DNA of 64,000 nucleotides, taken from Mobula hypostoma (Eukaryota). Below, piece by piece: positions 24,901-38,084 of the stretch (position 1 is its first letter; the number at the start of each line of letters is the position of its first letter). Made by a program: the position numbers and the translations under genes. The stretch spans positions 1,860,001 to 1,924,000 of the forward strand of contig NW_026948187.1 in NCBI RefSeq assembly GCF_963921235.1. The letters are read 5' to 3'. Below the pieces are notes generated by a model, which ran no database searches, had not been told where the DNA came from, and was given only the letters and a program-made list of their open reading frames with translations.

Positions 24901-27345
24901 TAAGAAATCGCAGGGGTAAAAGGACTCTGATGGCAGTTATTTATAGGCCTCCAAGCAGCTGCAGTGATGTAGAATGCAAATTACAACAGGAAATAGAAAA
25001 GGCTTGTCAGAAGGGCAGTGTTATGATAATTGTGGGGGATTTTAACATGCGAGTGGATTGGAAAAATCAGGTCGGCACTGGATCTCAAGAGAGAGAATTT
25101 GTAGAATGTCTGCGAGATGGCTTTTTAGAACAGCTTGTTGTTGAGCTCACTACGGGATCAGCTGTACTGGATTGGGTATTATGTAATGAACCGGAGGTGA
25201 TTAGAGAGATTGAGGTGAAGGAACCCTTAGGAGGCAGTGATTATAACATGATTGAGTTCACTGTGAAATTTGAAAAAGAGAAGCCGAAATCTGATGTGTT
25301 GGTATTTCAGTGGAGTAAAGGAAATTACAGTGCCATGAGAGAGGAACTGGCCAAAGTTTACTGGAAAGGGGCACTGGCGGGAAAGACGGCAGAGCAGCAG
25401 TGGCTGGAGTTCATGCGAGAAGTGAGGAAGGTGCAAGCAGGTATATTCCAAAAAAGAAGAAATTTTCGAATGGAAAAGTGATGCAACTGTGGTTGACAAG
25501 AGAAGGCAAAGCCAAAGTTAGAGCAAAGGATACAAGGAAGCAAAAATTAGTGGGAAGAGAGAGGATTGAGAAGTTTTTAAAACCTTACAAAAGAAATTAA
25601 GAATGTCATTAAGCGGGAAAAGATTAACTATGCATGGAAGCTCGCAAATAATATCAAAGAGAATACTAAAAGCTTTTTCAAGTATATAAACAGGAAAAGA
25701 CAGGTGAGAGTAGATATAGGACCGATAGAAATGATGCTGGAGAAATTGTAATGGGAAATAAGGAGATGGCAGAGGAACTGAACGAGTATTTTGCATCAGT
25801 CTTCACTGAGGAAGACATCAGCAGTATACCGGACACTCAAGGGTGGCAGGGAAGAGGAGTGTGCCCAGTCACAATTACGACAGAGAAAGTACTCAGGAAG
25901 CTGAATAGTCTAAAGGTAGATAAATCTCCTGGACCAGATGGAATGCACCCGTGTGTTCTGAAGGAAGTAGCTGTGGAGATTGTGGAGACATTAGCGCTGA
26001 TCTTTCAAAAGTCGATAGATTTTGGCATGGTTCCGGAAGACTGGAAGATTGCAAATGTCACTCCGCTATTTAAGAAGGGGGCAAAAAGCAAAAAGGAAAT
26101 TATAGACCTTTTAGCTTGACATCTGTGGTTGGGAAGTTGTTGGTGTCGATTGCCAAGGATGAGGTTACAAGAATGAGTGCCACACATGAGGCTCCTTAAC
26201 AAGATAAGAGCCCATGGAATTACGGGAAAGTTACATCCGTGGATAGAGCGTTGGCTGATTGGCAGGAAACAGAGAGTGGGAATAAAGGGATCCTATTCTG
26301 GTTGGCTGCCGGTTACCTGGGGTGTTCTGCAGGGATCAGTGTTGGGGCCGCTTCTTTTTACATTGTACATCAACGATTTGGACTATGGAATAGATGGCTT
26401 TGTGGCGAAGTTTGCTGACGATACAAAGATAGGTGGAGGGGCCGGTAGTACTGAGGAAACGGAGAGGCTGCAGAGAGACTTGGATAGATTGGAAGAATGG
26501 GCAAAGAAGTGGCAAATGAAGTACAATGTTGGAAAGTGTATGGTTATGCACTTTGGCAGAAGAAATAAACGGCCAGACTATTATTTAAATGGGGAAAGAA
26601 TCCAAAGTTCTGAGATGCAACGGGACTTGGGAGTCCTCGTACAGGATATCTATAAGGTTAACCTCCAGGTTGAGTCGGTAGTGAAGAAGGCGAATGCAAT
26701 GTTGGCATTCATTTCTAGAGGAATAGAGTATAGTAGCAGGGATGTGATGTTGAGGCTCTATAAGGCGCTGGTGAGACCTCACCTGGAGTACAGTGGGCAG
26801 TTTTGGTCTCCTTATTTAAGAAAGGATGTGCTGACGTTGGAGAGGGTACAGAGAAGATTCACTAGAATGATTCCGGGAATGAGAGTGTTAACATATGAGG
26901 AACGTTTGTCCGCTCTTGGACTGTATTCCTTGGAGTTTAGAAGAATGAGGGGAGACCTCATAGAAACATTTCGAATGTTGGAAGGCATGGACAGAGTGGA
27001 TGTGGCAAAGTTGTTTACCATGATGGGGGAGTATCGTACGAGAGGGCATGACTTCAGGATTGAAGGGCGCCCATTCAGAACAGAAGTACGAAGAATTTTT
27101 TTTTGTCAGAAGGTGGTGAATCTATGGAATTTGTTGCCACAGGCAGCAGTGGAGGCCAAGTCACTGGGTGTATTTAAGGCAGAAATTGATAGGTATCTGA
27201 GTAGCCAGGGCATCAAAGGTTATGCTGAGAAGACGGCGGAGTGGGACTAAATGGAAGAATGGTTCAGCTCATGATAAAATGGCGGAGCAGACTCGATGGG
27301 CCGAATGGCCGACTTGTGCTCCTTTGTCTTATGGTCTTATGGTCT
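21985..27345 (+). mobile_element. Near full-length CR1 family 'B' (5' UTR, ORF1 with zinc finger/leucine zipper/esterase, ORF2 with endonuclease and RT), disrupted
   Basis: ORF1 22335-23260: CSGC..CARC, VMGDSIVRG, HVGTND, DRLHLN. ORF2: YLNARSI, ITETW, VGDFN, FADDTK. Frameshifts and an RT deletion at about 26177. Tail tcttatggtcttatggtct. Confidence 0.95.
23326..24478 (+). mobile_element. Nested 5'-truncated CR1 (third family) with an uninterrupted RT frame
   Basis: 9-bp TSD GAAACACAG at 23317-23325 and 24479-24487; open frame to 24388; tail ttctatgtttctat. Confidence 0.9.
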
Positions 27346-28059
27346 AAGAGAATTTTCGCAGTGTGATTGCTATTTCCAGTTATTACCCAGGCGGCTATGC
27401 TCTATTTGCCCCGTTTCGTTTTCCTGGAACGCTTTCAGTTACGTGTCCTTTACCATATGGCTTGGAGCATTCTTGTGGATGAGTTGTTGACGGGATGCGT
27501 ATCTCGCCCAATTGTCCACTGAGAGAATTCTCAGAAATGGAAGGAATAGAGAGGCTACTGAGCTGACGGATGGTACTGCGGAAATTTCACCTCAGGTGGC
27601 TGAAGGATGGACGTCCGCGGTGGACGGAGGGCCCGGCGTGCATGAATGAAAGAGCGCTGACCTCTGGGATCAGGGACTGATTTGAACGGGTCCTTGGAGT
27701 CATCTGGATACAAGTGCATAGTATTATAAACCCAGCTATGTCGATTTAGTTGTGCCGTTAGTTATGCAAACACGTGTCTTCAATTTATCCCCCAAACCTC
27801 GTTTACCGTCTGTTCCGCCTGAAATGTCTTTGACTCCCTTCTTCACCGTTTGCACATCGCTGCCCTTATCACTTCATTTGTTGAATATCGAGATCATTTC
27901 TCTTTATATCGGTACGGGAATGTCATGGGAGAAAATTTCGGTTAACAGAATGTATGTATATGCAGCTCGGAAGGCAGCTCATCGAAGCGAATAAGGAGTC
28001 AGTGTGGTCTCGTACCGGCCACGTCATGTGTCACAAATATGTCTGTGATTTTAAAGGAA

Positions 28060-29010
28060 TAATCTCGACGATTTAACGAAGCAGGAAGGTAGATAGAGTT
28101 TGGATGGACTTTCATTATGTTTCTAACAAGGCACCCATGACAAATACAGGGACGCCAAGATGAATTGTTAAACTAGTCACAGAATTAGCTTGGTAAAAGG
28201 ATGCAGATGGTAATGTGCCAGCGTGTCTCTCCTGCCGGACGCCGGCAATAAGTGGCGAGCTGTAGATTTTCTGCTGGGTCCTTTACTGTTTGTAAAAGTG
28301 TTTGTGCAGCAAAATGTGACTTAATGCACATTGTGAAATAAAAGTCTGGGAGGACATGTAGAGCTTTGGAGAGTCGTTTTTAGTTGTAACCTTTCAAGGG
28401 TAGGCTATACCTTTCTGAATGCAGTGAGACAGTACAGCGAAAGTGGATTTTGTTACTCTTGCATTGTTCACCGCGGCTTTGAGAGGAAGAATTCCGACTC
28501 GAGCTTACAGCTATACGGAGCACTGTTATAACAGACTGAGAGCAATGGGTGCAATCCTGGTTGTCACGCCATGGGAAGGATGTTGTAAGAACTGAGAGAT
28601 GGTGAATGAAATTCACCAGATTGTTTACTGGACTGTGGAGAAGGGGATAAACTATAAGGAGAAGTTTGATTGTTTGAAATAGAAAATAAAGTGAAGGGTC
28701 CTTGTAAAAGTGTGTACAATTATGAGGAGGTAAATATTGTACAGATAGCCAACAACTTTGTCTTTTCCAACGTCAGCAGTGGCTAAAACTACAGGCGCAT
28801 GCATACACAGATCTGAAGACACTCTTTTATCGCCCATTACTGCGTGGTTATGTCTACAGCAGACGTGCTGGATGCAGGTGATAATAAAATAATGGAAACG
28901 TGTCTAGACAACCCTTGGTTAACAAAGGTAGCGAGGGACACGGGCTGTACTATGGCTCTGGGGATTGACATAGGTCGCCATAGTCGGGCTGGGGCAGAAT
29001 CTATGCAATA
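28060..29010 (+). mobile_element. Highly degenerate CR1
   Basis: Faint RT-colinear remnants (MDF, CVQSW-like). Confidence 0.45.
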
Positions 29011-29399
29011 TTTTTCCCCACTGCAATCTACAAGAATGTAGCTCTGTCACAGGGCTGACCGCACCGAATCTCCAGTGCCAGTGTAAAAGTCATTGCGATG
29101 GTTCCACCTTTACCCGGGTTACCCTGCGGCCGAATGAGCCCTGAGTGTCAACGCTGCTGTCAAACGCAACGAGTGAATGAAATCAACTGAGCGATCGGAT
29201 ACCGGGATTGTTGATGACGTCACGGCTGTCAAGAACGCTTCTGCACGGAAATAGAGTTATATTTTATTCCAAGTCAATTTAATAGAGAGACTCGTTACAC
29301 TTAAACACATAAAACCCAGATGTACATCACGACCCAATGACGGATGCCCGATGCGGAACATTAGTAGATAATTCGACCGTTAGGAGCATGTGCTTTCCT

Positions 29400-30310
29400 T
29401 TACTTGTGTTTTTTAAACAATGTTAAAAACAAAGTCCAAGGAGATTTTAACACCAGCCGCACTTCTTCTCTAAACTTAGTCTGGGTCGCTGTATAAATGC
29501 AGGTGTTCGTGCAGGAACTCAGATACATGAGCATGTAGCCGGCTTCAGTGGCGACATAGGCAGAGTTGGTGTAATCACCGTCGTAATGCGCGGTTCCTGT
29601 GAGTCGGGTGGTCAGAAAGCTCACGGCGGCCGTCAGCCACAACAAAATGAAACTGCCGGACACACTAAAGAGTAAAATTATGGATTTCCGGCGGCCTTCC
29701 ATCTCCGGATCCTTCTGTGTTTGACTGCTGTGACCGCGCAGTCCGCGGCGCACTTTACTGGCTAATAAAATGCGCCTCACTGTCAGACAGTTAAACAGGG
29801 TTATCAGAACAAAAGGTAATACAACCGTTAAAATACTCTGCAGAAAGGAGAATGCAACTCCCACAAGAGACGTCATGAACCACGAACTCGGCTGACAGCC
29901 CCACTGAATACCTTTAACTATACCCATAGGTTTATACTCAAATAGAAGCGGAACGCTCTGTAAATGCCCCAGGAGCGCCACGGTTATAATGCCGGCAACA
30001 GCTGTCCTCACTGTGCAATATTTCGTTTTCAGTTTCTGGTAACAGATCGCTACAAACCGATCGACTGTGAACAGGACAGTGTACCATACGGAGGTTAGCA
30101 GGCTGGTCAACATGAAATACAGGACGACCTTACAGGCGGATGTGTAGGACAGGAAGGATTTTGGAAACTGGTACATGATGATATGGTACCCGATTACACA
30201 GAACATCATCACCAGGAGATCTGCCATTGCCATGCCAACCATGTAGAGCGATATACATTTGGAAAGGCCGCAATTCCCTCGGAGGAGCACCACGATTGCA
30301 AATAGGTTCG
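29400..30310 (-). CDS. GPR139/GPR142-like orphan class A GPCR, paralog 1, coding exon 2
   Basis: ANL (TM1 N), MAMADLL (TM2), SVWYTVLFTVDRFVAIC (TM3), LPF (TM5), FILLW (TM6), SSCTNTCIY..Q.KFR (TM7/helix 8). Acceptor ctctttccctAG at 30312-30311, phase 1. AATAAA at 29268-29263. Confidence 0.9.
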
Positions 30311-30489
30311 CTAGGGAAAGAGTCACAAATTGTGAGTTACAAACAGGGCGAGGAGAAGCGTTCTCGGAATCCAATGTGAAAATACCATTCCGACAGTGAT
30401 CGGCAAAATTACCGGGGAAATATGTTCCAAGAGAGAATAAAAAATCTTTATTCAGTGAACTAAAAATGATCGGAGCCGAACTATGCCTT

Positions 30490-30635
30490 TGCTCCTGGTT
30501 AAGTTGCTGGTGACGCGCTCTCAATTTCACCTTGGCGATGTAACCGATAGGGGGCAGCACTGCTCCTGGTTAAGTTGCTGGTGACGTGCTCTCGATGTCA
30601 CCTTGGCGATGTAACCGGGAGGGGGCAGCACTGCT
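30490..30635. repeat. 71-bp tandem duplication in the intron of receptor 1
   Basis: tgctcctggttaagttgctggtgac...caccttggcgatgtaaccg..agggggcagcac occurs twice, period 71. Confidence 0.9.
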
Positions 30636-31231
30636 GCTCATTCGCCATCGCAACCCAGAAAAATAAGGGAGATCACCATCTTCTCCCATACCTCCCTTGC
30701 GCACTACATTCCCTACCCGTGCGACCATCATTTCAATGGTTCTTACCCTTGAAGCTCCATTCAGACACCAGCCGTAGGGAATGAGAGCCGTGACAGAGCT
30801 GAACACAGTAGCTGTAGGATGATCGGCTGATGTGCAGCCGACGGATTCCACTCAAAGTAACTCTCATTATTATTGAGCCGGTACTGGCCCGGAGTAAGTG
30901 GGGTCGTGCCCGCTGTCGGTCACCAGTCCCAGGGTGAAACGGAATCGGACTTCACTGACTCGTCCAGTGCCGCTTGTACACAATCTAGCTTAAACTCGAA
31001 TAGTTTCAGAAACGTCTACCAATAAATAAGCTCTTCCACTTGGATATATCCGCCATTTTTAATCACATTCATTATCATCTTAAAGGTGCGATAGGGAGAA
31101 ATTAATTCAAATCCCCAGCTGGACACCCCCTTCTTGTGGTAGATATATTTACTATAATCCCCAACTGGTACGGGTATGACATATAATCAAATGATTGATC
31201 GGAAATCCACAAAGGGGTATAGGGAAGGAGT

Positions 31232-31536
31232 NNNNNNNNNNNNNNNNNNNNNNNNNNNNNNNNNNNNNNNNNNNNNNNNNNNNNNNNNNNNNNNNNNNNN
31301 NNNNNNNNNNNNNNNNNNNNNNNNNNNNNNNNNNNNNNNNNNNNNNNNNNNNNNNNNNNNNNNNNNNNNNNNNNNNNNNNNNNNNNNNNNNNNNNNNNNN
31401 NNNNNNNNNNNNNNNNNNNNNNNNNNNNNNNNNNNNNNNNNNNNNNNNNNNNNNNNNNNNNNNNNNNNNNNNNNNNNNNNNNNNNNNNNNNNNNNNNNNN
31501 NNNNNNNNNNNNNNNNNNNNNNNNNNNNNNNNNNNN
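31232..31536. other. Assembly gap (N run) inside the intron of receptor 1
   Basis: Run of N. Confidence 1.
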
Positions 31537-31897
31537 GTACAATCCACAATGTTCCCACAATTCGTACTGTTCTACTGCTCCTTCACCAAAAGTTAGGTCA
31601 CAAAATATATTTCAATCGGCAACAATCCGCGGTATCAAATTTACTCTGACAGTGGTCACAGCGGAGAGGATTGATTTCTCTGAATTTCAGCAGCATCGTT
31701 TGCGCTAAACTGTGGAGGGAGTGTAGCGGCAGTGAACTTGATCCTGCATCAGCGCATAGAGCGGAGACGAACCGTTCAGCAGCAGTAGTCTGCCGTGTCT
31801 CCGGGCTGGGCTGGTTTCGCCCATAAACAACACCCAGTGAAATGACTGTTAATAGAGACCGTCCCTAACATTTCAGACAGAGGATGTGTCGACTTAC

Positions 31898-31967
31898 CCG
31901 GAACACCGAAAGCTGCGAGAAAAGGGTAAAATACCATCCTTACTTGCCGGATTGTCGGTAGAGCCAT
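31898..31967 (-). CDS. GPR139-like paralog 1, coding exon 1 (MALPTIRQVRMVFYPFLAAFGVP)
   Basis: 70 nt (23 codons + 1), donor CCGG|GTAAGT; splices in frame to give GVP-ANL; total 326 aa; same length and phase as exon 1 of paralog 2. Confidence 0.85.
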
Positions 31968-32041
31968 TTTCGGGTATTGAACAAAATGTACCGCACTCCT
32001 TGCACGATGCGCCACTCGCCTGAGTTCTGATCTCGCTGCCC

Positions 32042-32135
32042 TTTTATATATTAATCTATTCCCCGGTTAAAAAAAATAACAACAGCAACAAAGGTTGCAC
32101 AACAACTCGAGTTAGTTACAGTCAGTTAACAAACA
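32042..32135 (-). promoter_or_regulatory. Proximal promoter of paralog 1 (TATA box + shared motif)
   Basis: Minus strand: TGTTTGTT 32135-32128, CTGTAACTAA 32121-32112, TATATAAAA 32050-32042, about 75 nt upstream of the ATG. Confidence 0.6.
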
Positions 32136-32699
32136 AGGTGACGTTTCTATTTCTGTATTCTCTCGGCACCACGGGGAATACTTAAAGCTCAGTCCATAAC
32201 ACCGTCTAGTAAAATAGACAATCAGAAACTTTTTAAAGCTGTTCCGCACATTCCGGATTGAAATGTCAGTCATGACCTATCACCTACTTCTATTGTTGCC
32301 TTCACATTCATTTTATTTGATAGTAATTGTAAGATATCTCGCTCCATATCTCACAAAGCAAGTGTTAGCTTTGAGTTAGCTCACGATTTATCCTGAAACC
32401 AATCCCACATTATATGAACATTAAAGCGAGCTTGCACAGTCTGTGTTATTTGCCCGATGTAGTTGTAGACCACACGGATTTCATCACCTTATTCCAACTT
32501 TGTCCACACTTCTTCAGTCACACTGAACTCACCAACCCATTGTGCAGGCGTGATTGACAACGACAGCACGAAATGTATTGAAGTCACTCCTGATTTTTGA
32601 CATTGAAGCGTCAGATTGATCTTGGCGTAGGCTAAAACTGGGCACAACCGAGTGCCTACGATGCCATATTGCTGTACGCATTCTGCGCTCATGTGTTGC

Positions 32700-32990
32700 T
32701 GAAACGTTCAGGCTGTGACCTGTGACCAGGTACCTCCTTACTGATGACAGTAATGCAAAGTGTTCTGCACCTTGAGGGTCCTTAATGATGGATGCCGTCT
32801 TGTTCAGCCATTGCTTTCTGAATATGGTGAGCAGCCTGATGCTATTGCTGGAGATGACTGAATTTAAAACACTTTGTGGCTTTTTTCCGATCTGCTGTAT
32901 TAGTGCCTCCACACCTGACGGGATGCAACAGCCCGCATAGTGTCCAAGGTACACCTGTATGAATGTTCTGGAGGCTTTTGAGACAACATA
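32700..32990 (-). mobile_element. Rex1-like 3' fragment
   Basis: Translation ...WLNKTASIIKDP... parallels the Rex1 C-terminus at 16715-16957. Confidence 0.5.
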
Positions 32991-33959
32991 ACTCTCGTAA
33001 TTGCATTAATTCTTCTTTCCCAATCCATCATCTACAGAGTTGTGGACACACTGGAAATGGAAGCTTCTCGGTCTCTCCACTGCTGACCCATCGATGGAGA
33101 TGTACCTGTTTACAGTTCAAAATTCAAAGTGCATTCATTATCAATGTATACGTTTTCAACATTTAGATTTGTCTCCTTACAAATAACCACACAACAAAGA
33201 AAACCGACAGAACCGACTAAGAAAGAAAACAGTCAAACACCGGATGTGCAGGGTAAAAAAACAAAAGGACCAATGCTGCAAACGATAAACATTCAGAACT
33301 GAAGGTCAGGAAAGTGAGTCCCCAGCCAATCCACCCCCCCCCCTCCACTCCCCCACACCGCAGACAGGAAGCCAGACGTTGCAAGAACCGATTCAAGAAC
33401 ATGTCCTTGCCCCAGTACAAAGCAGTGTCCATCGTCTAGACTGGTCCGTCGATGAAAACGTCCAAACGTCGCATCGTTCCTCGCTTTCGGACCCGGGCTC
33501 TGCTGCTCCGATACTCTCTCGGGTCTGGCCTCACCGCCTCGATTCTGCTCGTTCCCAACTTTCCAATTCGGCCCCACTTCAAAATCGATCTAATCTCGGA
33601 TCTGTCCTCGGTCTCGGGCACGGGACCGGGCTCTGCCTCCCCTCCGCTCGCCTCTGCTCTGACACATCGAATCGCCTTAGTCCGCTCCGGCGATGGCTGT
33701 ACATTGGCTCGTTCTCGGATCTCCGACCCGGACCCCGACGGATTGATTCAGCTTTCAAGGCAGCAGCGTCCAGCGCCTTCGAGCTTTCACTTCACACCGC
33801 AAAAATGCCAGTTCATACAGGCGGTTCAAAAGCTCAACTCCGAATGGGAAGTTAGAGGCTTCTGTTTGCAGCGATCGCTTACAAGAATAAAGTTATTAAT
33901 AACGTATTTAGTAGATCCTGTGGTGTATGTCCCCATGAAACTGTTGTGTCCCCTGCGTG

Positions 33960-34450
33960 ACATCTGAGCAGCTCATTCAGCCATACCGTTTGAAGATGGG
34001 TGATAAAGGGACGTATGCTGCGATCGAACTCCATTATCTTCTGCAAATAGTTGGAATTCCTTACTTGTAAACTCGGGACAGTTATCACAGACGACAGTAT
34101 CAGGGATTCCATGCGTACAAAATGTGTGAAGTGTTTATCGTCGCCCTGTTGGTCGAGGTCTTCACCGTTTTGGCTTCAATCCATTTATAATGCGCATCAA
34201 CGACTACCAATGATTCGTGTCCGCCCAATGGACTGGCGAGTCAAGGTTAAACGGCTCCAAGTTTAGGTCGGCCAGTGCCATGGGACGGGAGCGTTTACAG
34301 TTCGAGACTGCTGGCAGGGGTCGCGTGCACCAAATATGTGCTCGATGTCCGCATCAAGTCTCGCTACCAAACGGAATCCCGCCATTTGGTCGTGTTGGAT
34401 CAACTTTTCTTCGTCCCCAATCTTCTCCCTTCTTTTTATTTTTCCAGACA
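33960..34450 (-). mobile_element. Gypsy LTR-retrotransposon integrase remnant
   Basis: Manual minus-strand translation across frameshifts: CDPCQQ (zinc finger), LVVVDAHYKWIE, HGIPDTVVCDNCPEFTSKEF, YHPSSNGMAE (DDE core). Confidence 0.8.
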
Positions 34451-37174
34451 GGTTTGCCTGATAGATCCATCACTAAGCCACTGTACCATCGCTAGTCAAG
34501 GGCTACATCGCGGCAATGCATCTGCATCTCGTAAGCAGAACATTGTGTAGTTTTCATACTACAGTGCCCAAAATCCATCCTGAAGACTTTGTTTCATTCA
34601 TGGATTCACAATGTAGGGCAGCCATTTGAAACAAAGGTACTTCAATGAAATGAGAAGTTAATACACTTTCTGTACATGCATATTGAGGGTATTAACGAAT
34701 ACAGATGTCAAATGACGTTAATATAAATCAGAGAGACACCTGAGAGCATGATAGTGTTACCAAAAAGATGAGGGTGATACATGTCAGATTTACATTCATT
34801 TCATTCAATGAAGAGAAACTAAAGGAAGGCAATGATGCGGAATGTAAGATGCAACAGGCACCTTACTTTAGCCCCATTGTCCCATGAAATTTTCATAGAA
34901 ATATATTGTTAATGATTCACTGGCACTGACCCGAAGGAAAGACATTTCCACTTTGACACGTATTTGAATAAAATAAGCTTTCTGCAAATGACCTTTTCTA
35001 ACAGCAAGGCAGTAATCGTAGAGGAATCAATAATTACTTATATTAAGAGCGTGCTGATCGTTTTTCAGCATAGCTTCCAGCGTTCAAAATCAGAGGTAAT
35101 CAAGCTGGTGAATTTCTAAAAACCATAATAGTTCAAAAGATATTTTGTCTTTGATATTTTAAAACAAGACATAATCAGCGAATTACAGTGGTATTCTCTA
35201 TTAGATCATAAATCTGAGCTGGATATTGAATGAGGATACAGTCAAGTTACTGGAAACAAAACCGTTTTTTCTTTCTTAATATTATTGAAGGAGACAAATT
35301 AAGTGTGTAGTCTTTAAGGTATTTATTTTTAGGAAGCCACTTATTAAAATAATAACAACTGTTTTCTTTTATGTTGCATGCGGCATCTCTTCCTGAGGTT
35401 TGGTAAAATGAGCTCCGATGTATGTGGGAATTAAAGTTCCGTGCCAGTTGCAGCGTGACAAACGTACAGTCCCTACATTGCCAACTGAAAACAACAACTA
35501 GTTTATCCATGTTTGGAACAGGTGGCAGGTTTCAGAGAGAAAATCCTTCCTGATGCACAGACATCTGATACACTGTTTCTTATTGATGTTTAGGTGGATG
35601 AATTGCTTCTGAATATTCCATGCAGTTATCAAAACTCCTTAGTATTCATTCCTTCCTCTCTCTCTTTGAGTTGCTTGCCCTCTTTCTCCAGGCCCTCACC
35701 TCATTCTTAATCAAAAGAGAAGAATGGCCCCAAATCCCTGTCATATCTGGGATAAACTGGTTTCTGCATAAATAAAAGACAAAACACAGGTACACCAATA
35801 CCTGTGCACTAGCCCAAGTCTAAGAATTTAAGAAACAAACAAACCCCTGCGACATCCTATTCACAGCAAGCAGAAATCAATCAACAGCTTTGAGACTCCT
35901 CAGGACCGACTTTCCTTTTCAAAACTGTACAGATATTTCAAAATATCCTTATGTGCAATGGTAATCATAGAATCTGTCATTCCTTTAGACAGCTCTACCG
36001 ATACAAAAGTTCAATTCTTTCATCATTGTGATACGTGTCTATACAGTGTTGTGATGCATTCCTATTTATCCCAAACAACTTGCAGTGGTAACACGACACC
36101 TTTTAGCACAGCAGGCTATCTTGAAATACTCATACATTTTTTTGAAAAACTCAGGTTAGTTGAGACTACGCTGAGAGATTTGATTTATTTCTGATTGGTG
36201 AACTGGAAATCCACAAAGTTTCGGTTGTTTCTAATATTTACACTTGGGCAGTGTACAGGGAATGATGTGCCAAACCACTAAGCTTTTGGTTTGACTTCAA
36301 GGTTTCTGCAGGCACAAGTTTCTCCCAGATATGGGGGACGGGGGCGTGGACAAACAGGTATTCTCTTTGTATGCAGATTGGGCAGACAGCATAGAGAGAA
36401 GGACAAGCTGTTTGATGAGACAGGAAGCTGCGGGGGACACTGAGGGAATTCTCTTGGAAGAAGGGCTCTCATACACAAAATCTTCAGGAGCAATTCTCTG
36501 AAACTCAGTAAGAGAACAATCTACCAGGCGTTAGTGGTTCAGTAAAGACGCTCTCGCTCAAGACTGTCACCTTCTGCAGCCGTAATTAGAAGCTCAAACC
36601 TGAAGAGACAATGCACTGGTTGTCACTTCCCTAAGTGAGAGTCTCCAATGCCAGAGAAACAAGAATGGAATTCGTGAATAGCTTTGTGCAAGCTTCTTCA
36701 CTGCGCAGGGTGATCAGACCACAACCTGCAGATACCACATTAAAGCTCTAGATATCTACCTGGCAACCACAAACCCCTTGCTTAATGGTATCAGTCTATG
36801 GCATATAAGAGGCTAGGGACCCCGATCTTGGTGTAACTTGAGAAAAAGGAATAAACACCCTCTTGGTGGCAAGACAGTGCGTGACCAATCAGTGAATTGA
36901 CACAAATCAATGCTGGTGCCTGGAGCTGTCGAAGATGCTTGTGTTCTGTAATGGTCTGCTGCAGTCTGCAGCTGAACCACCACAATTATCCAAAAAGCAG
37001 TTAAGGGAGTTTAAGGGTTAATGCCTACAACATGGTCTGCAACACAGGGATTCCTGCACACACAAATGCCACGTGGTTACCAGACAAAATTGTAAAAGAG
37101 CTAAGAACTGTTCAGCTGCAACAAAGATTCTACAACTTACACCACCCAGGAGGAGCTCTGCAGTACACAGCAGA

Positions 37175-37440
37175 AGAAAAAGGGGGAAAGTTTAAGGGGA
37201 TCATGAAGGGAAACTTTTTCACACAGAGGGCTGTGAGAGTGGGGAACGAACTGCCAGCACAGGAGGTACATGCAAGCTCAATTTGAGTATTTAAGGGAAG
37301 TTTGGATAGGTACATGGATGGTAGGAGTATGGAGGGCTATGGTCCTGGTACATTCGATGGGAGTAGGCAGTTTAAATTTTTCGGCCCCTCTAGATGGGCT
37401 GAAGGGTCTGTTTCTGTGCTGTATTTTGATGGTTCTATGG
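37175..37440 (+). mobile_element. CR1 3' end fragment
   Basis: GNFFTQRAV..NELP followed by a CR1-type 3' UTR. Confidence 0.8.
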
Positions 37441-37532
37441 CTCTAATTCCGCTGTGTGCCGCACAGGCTTCCTTTTGCAGGGGCTCTGCTTTTGTTAACC
37501 AGCTCCGTGTCAAGCAGCTAGACGCTCAGAAA

Positions 37533-37534
<2 letters not shown>

Positions 37535-37572
<38 letters not shown>

Positions 37573-37588
37573 CGGGGGGGGGGGGGGT
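37535..37588. repeat. (GT)n microsatellite followed by poly-G
   Basis: Seen directly. Confidence 0.95.
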
Positions 37589-38084
37589 GGCGTGGTTTCA
37601 GAAGCAAAAGGGAACAAGATGAAAGAGAAAAAGTAGCGGCATGCCTGCCCAGGTTGAATGTTCGCCCAATTACAGTACCAATTCATCCAACTGCAGCAGG
37701 AAAACACATCCTAATTCACTGTTCTGCAAAAATGTATTTAGCTGCAACATGAAATACAAGACAACACAAAATAAATATTCCAAACCGGTTTTATCAATCC
37801 AATCTTGGCAAGTGGAATAAGAACATTTTTGCACCCTTAGTGTCTTTACCTAAGAAGATGGCGACAGAATGGCTCCATTGGTCAGCTGGGGGAGACAAAG
37901 GCCAACAACACAAGTTAGTCTCCAAAAAATTTCACTTACTTATCCAAAGATTGTTAAGAAGGTAGAAATCAAACTTGCCATGAGAGGAGGAGTCTTCAGT
38001 AAACAATACAGAAACACTGACGTGGAGACTGAGTAGAGTTTGTGAAGAAGGAAATACATTTGTCTGCTGATCGAGACACTCCCT

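Noticed and set aside
30311-30560. N-terminal extension of the 386-aa ORF
   Set aside because: It is intronic read-through. A clear acceptor at 30311 and an in-frame exon 1 at 31898-31967 exist. Caveat: a gap lies between the two exons, so their linkage depends on the scaffold.
31102-31649. ORFs spanning N runs (also 40095-40389)
   Set aside because: Gap artefacts.
36200-37170. Possible LTR (CATATAAG at about 36803, AATAAA at about 36849)
   Set aside because: No TG...CA termini or TSD could be defined, so it is left uncalled.
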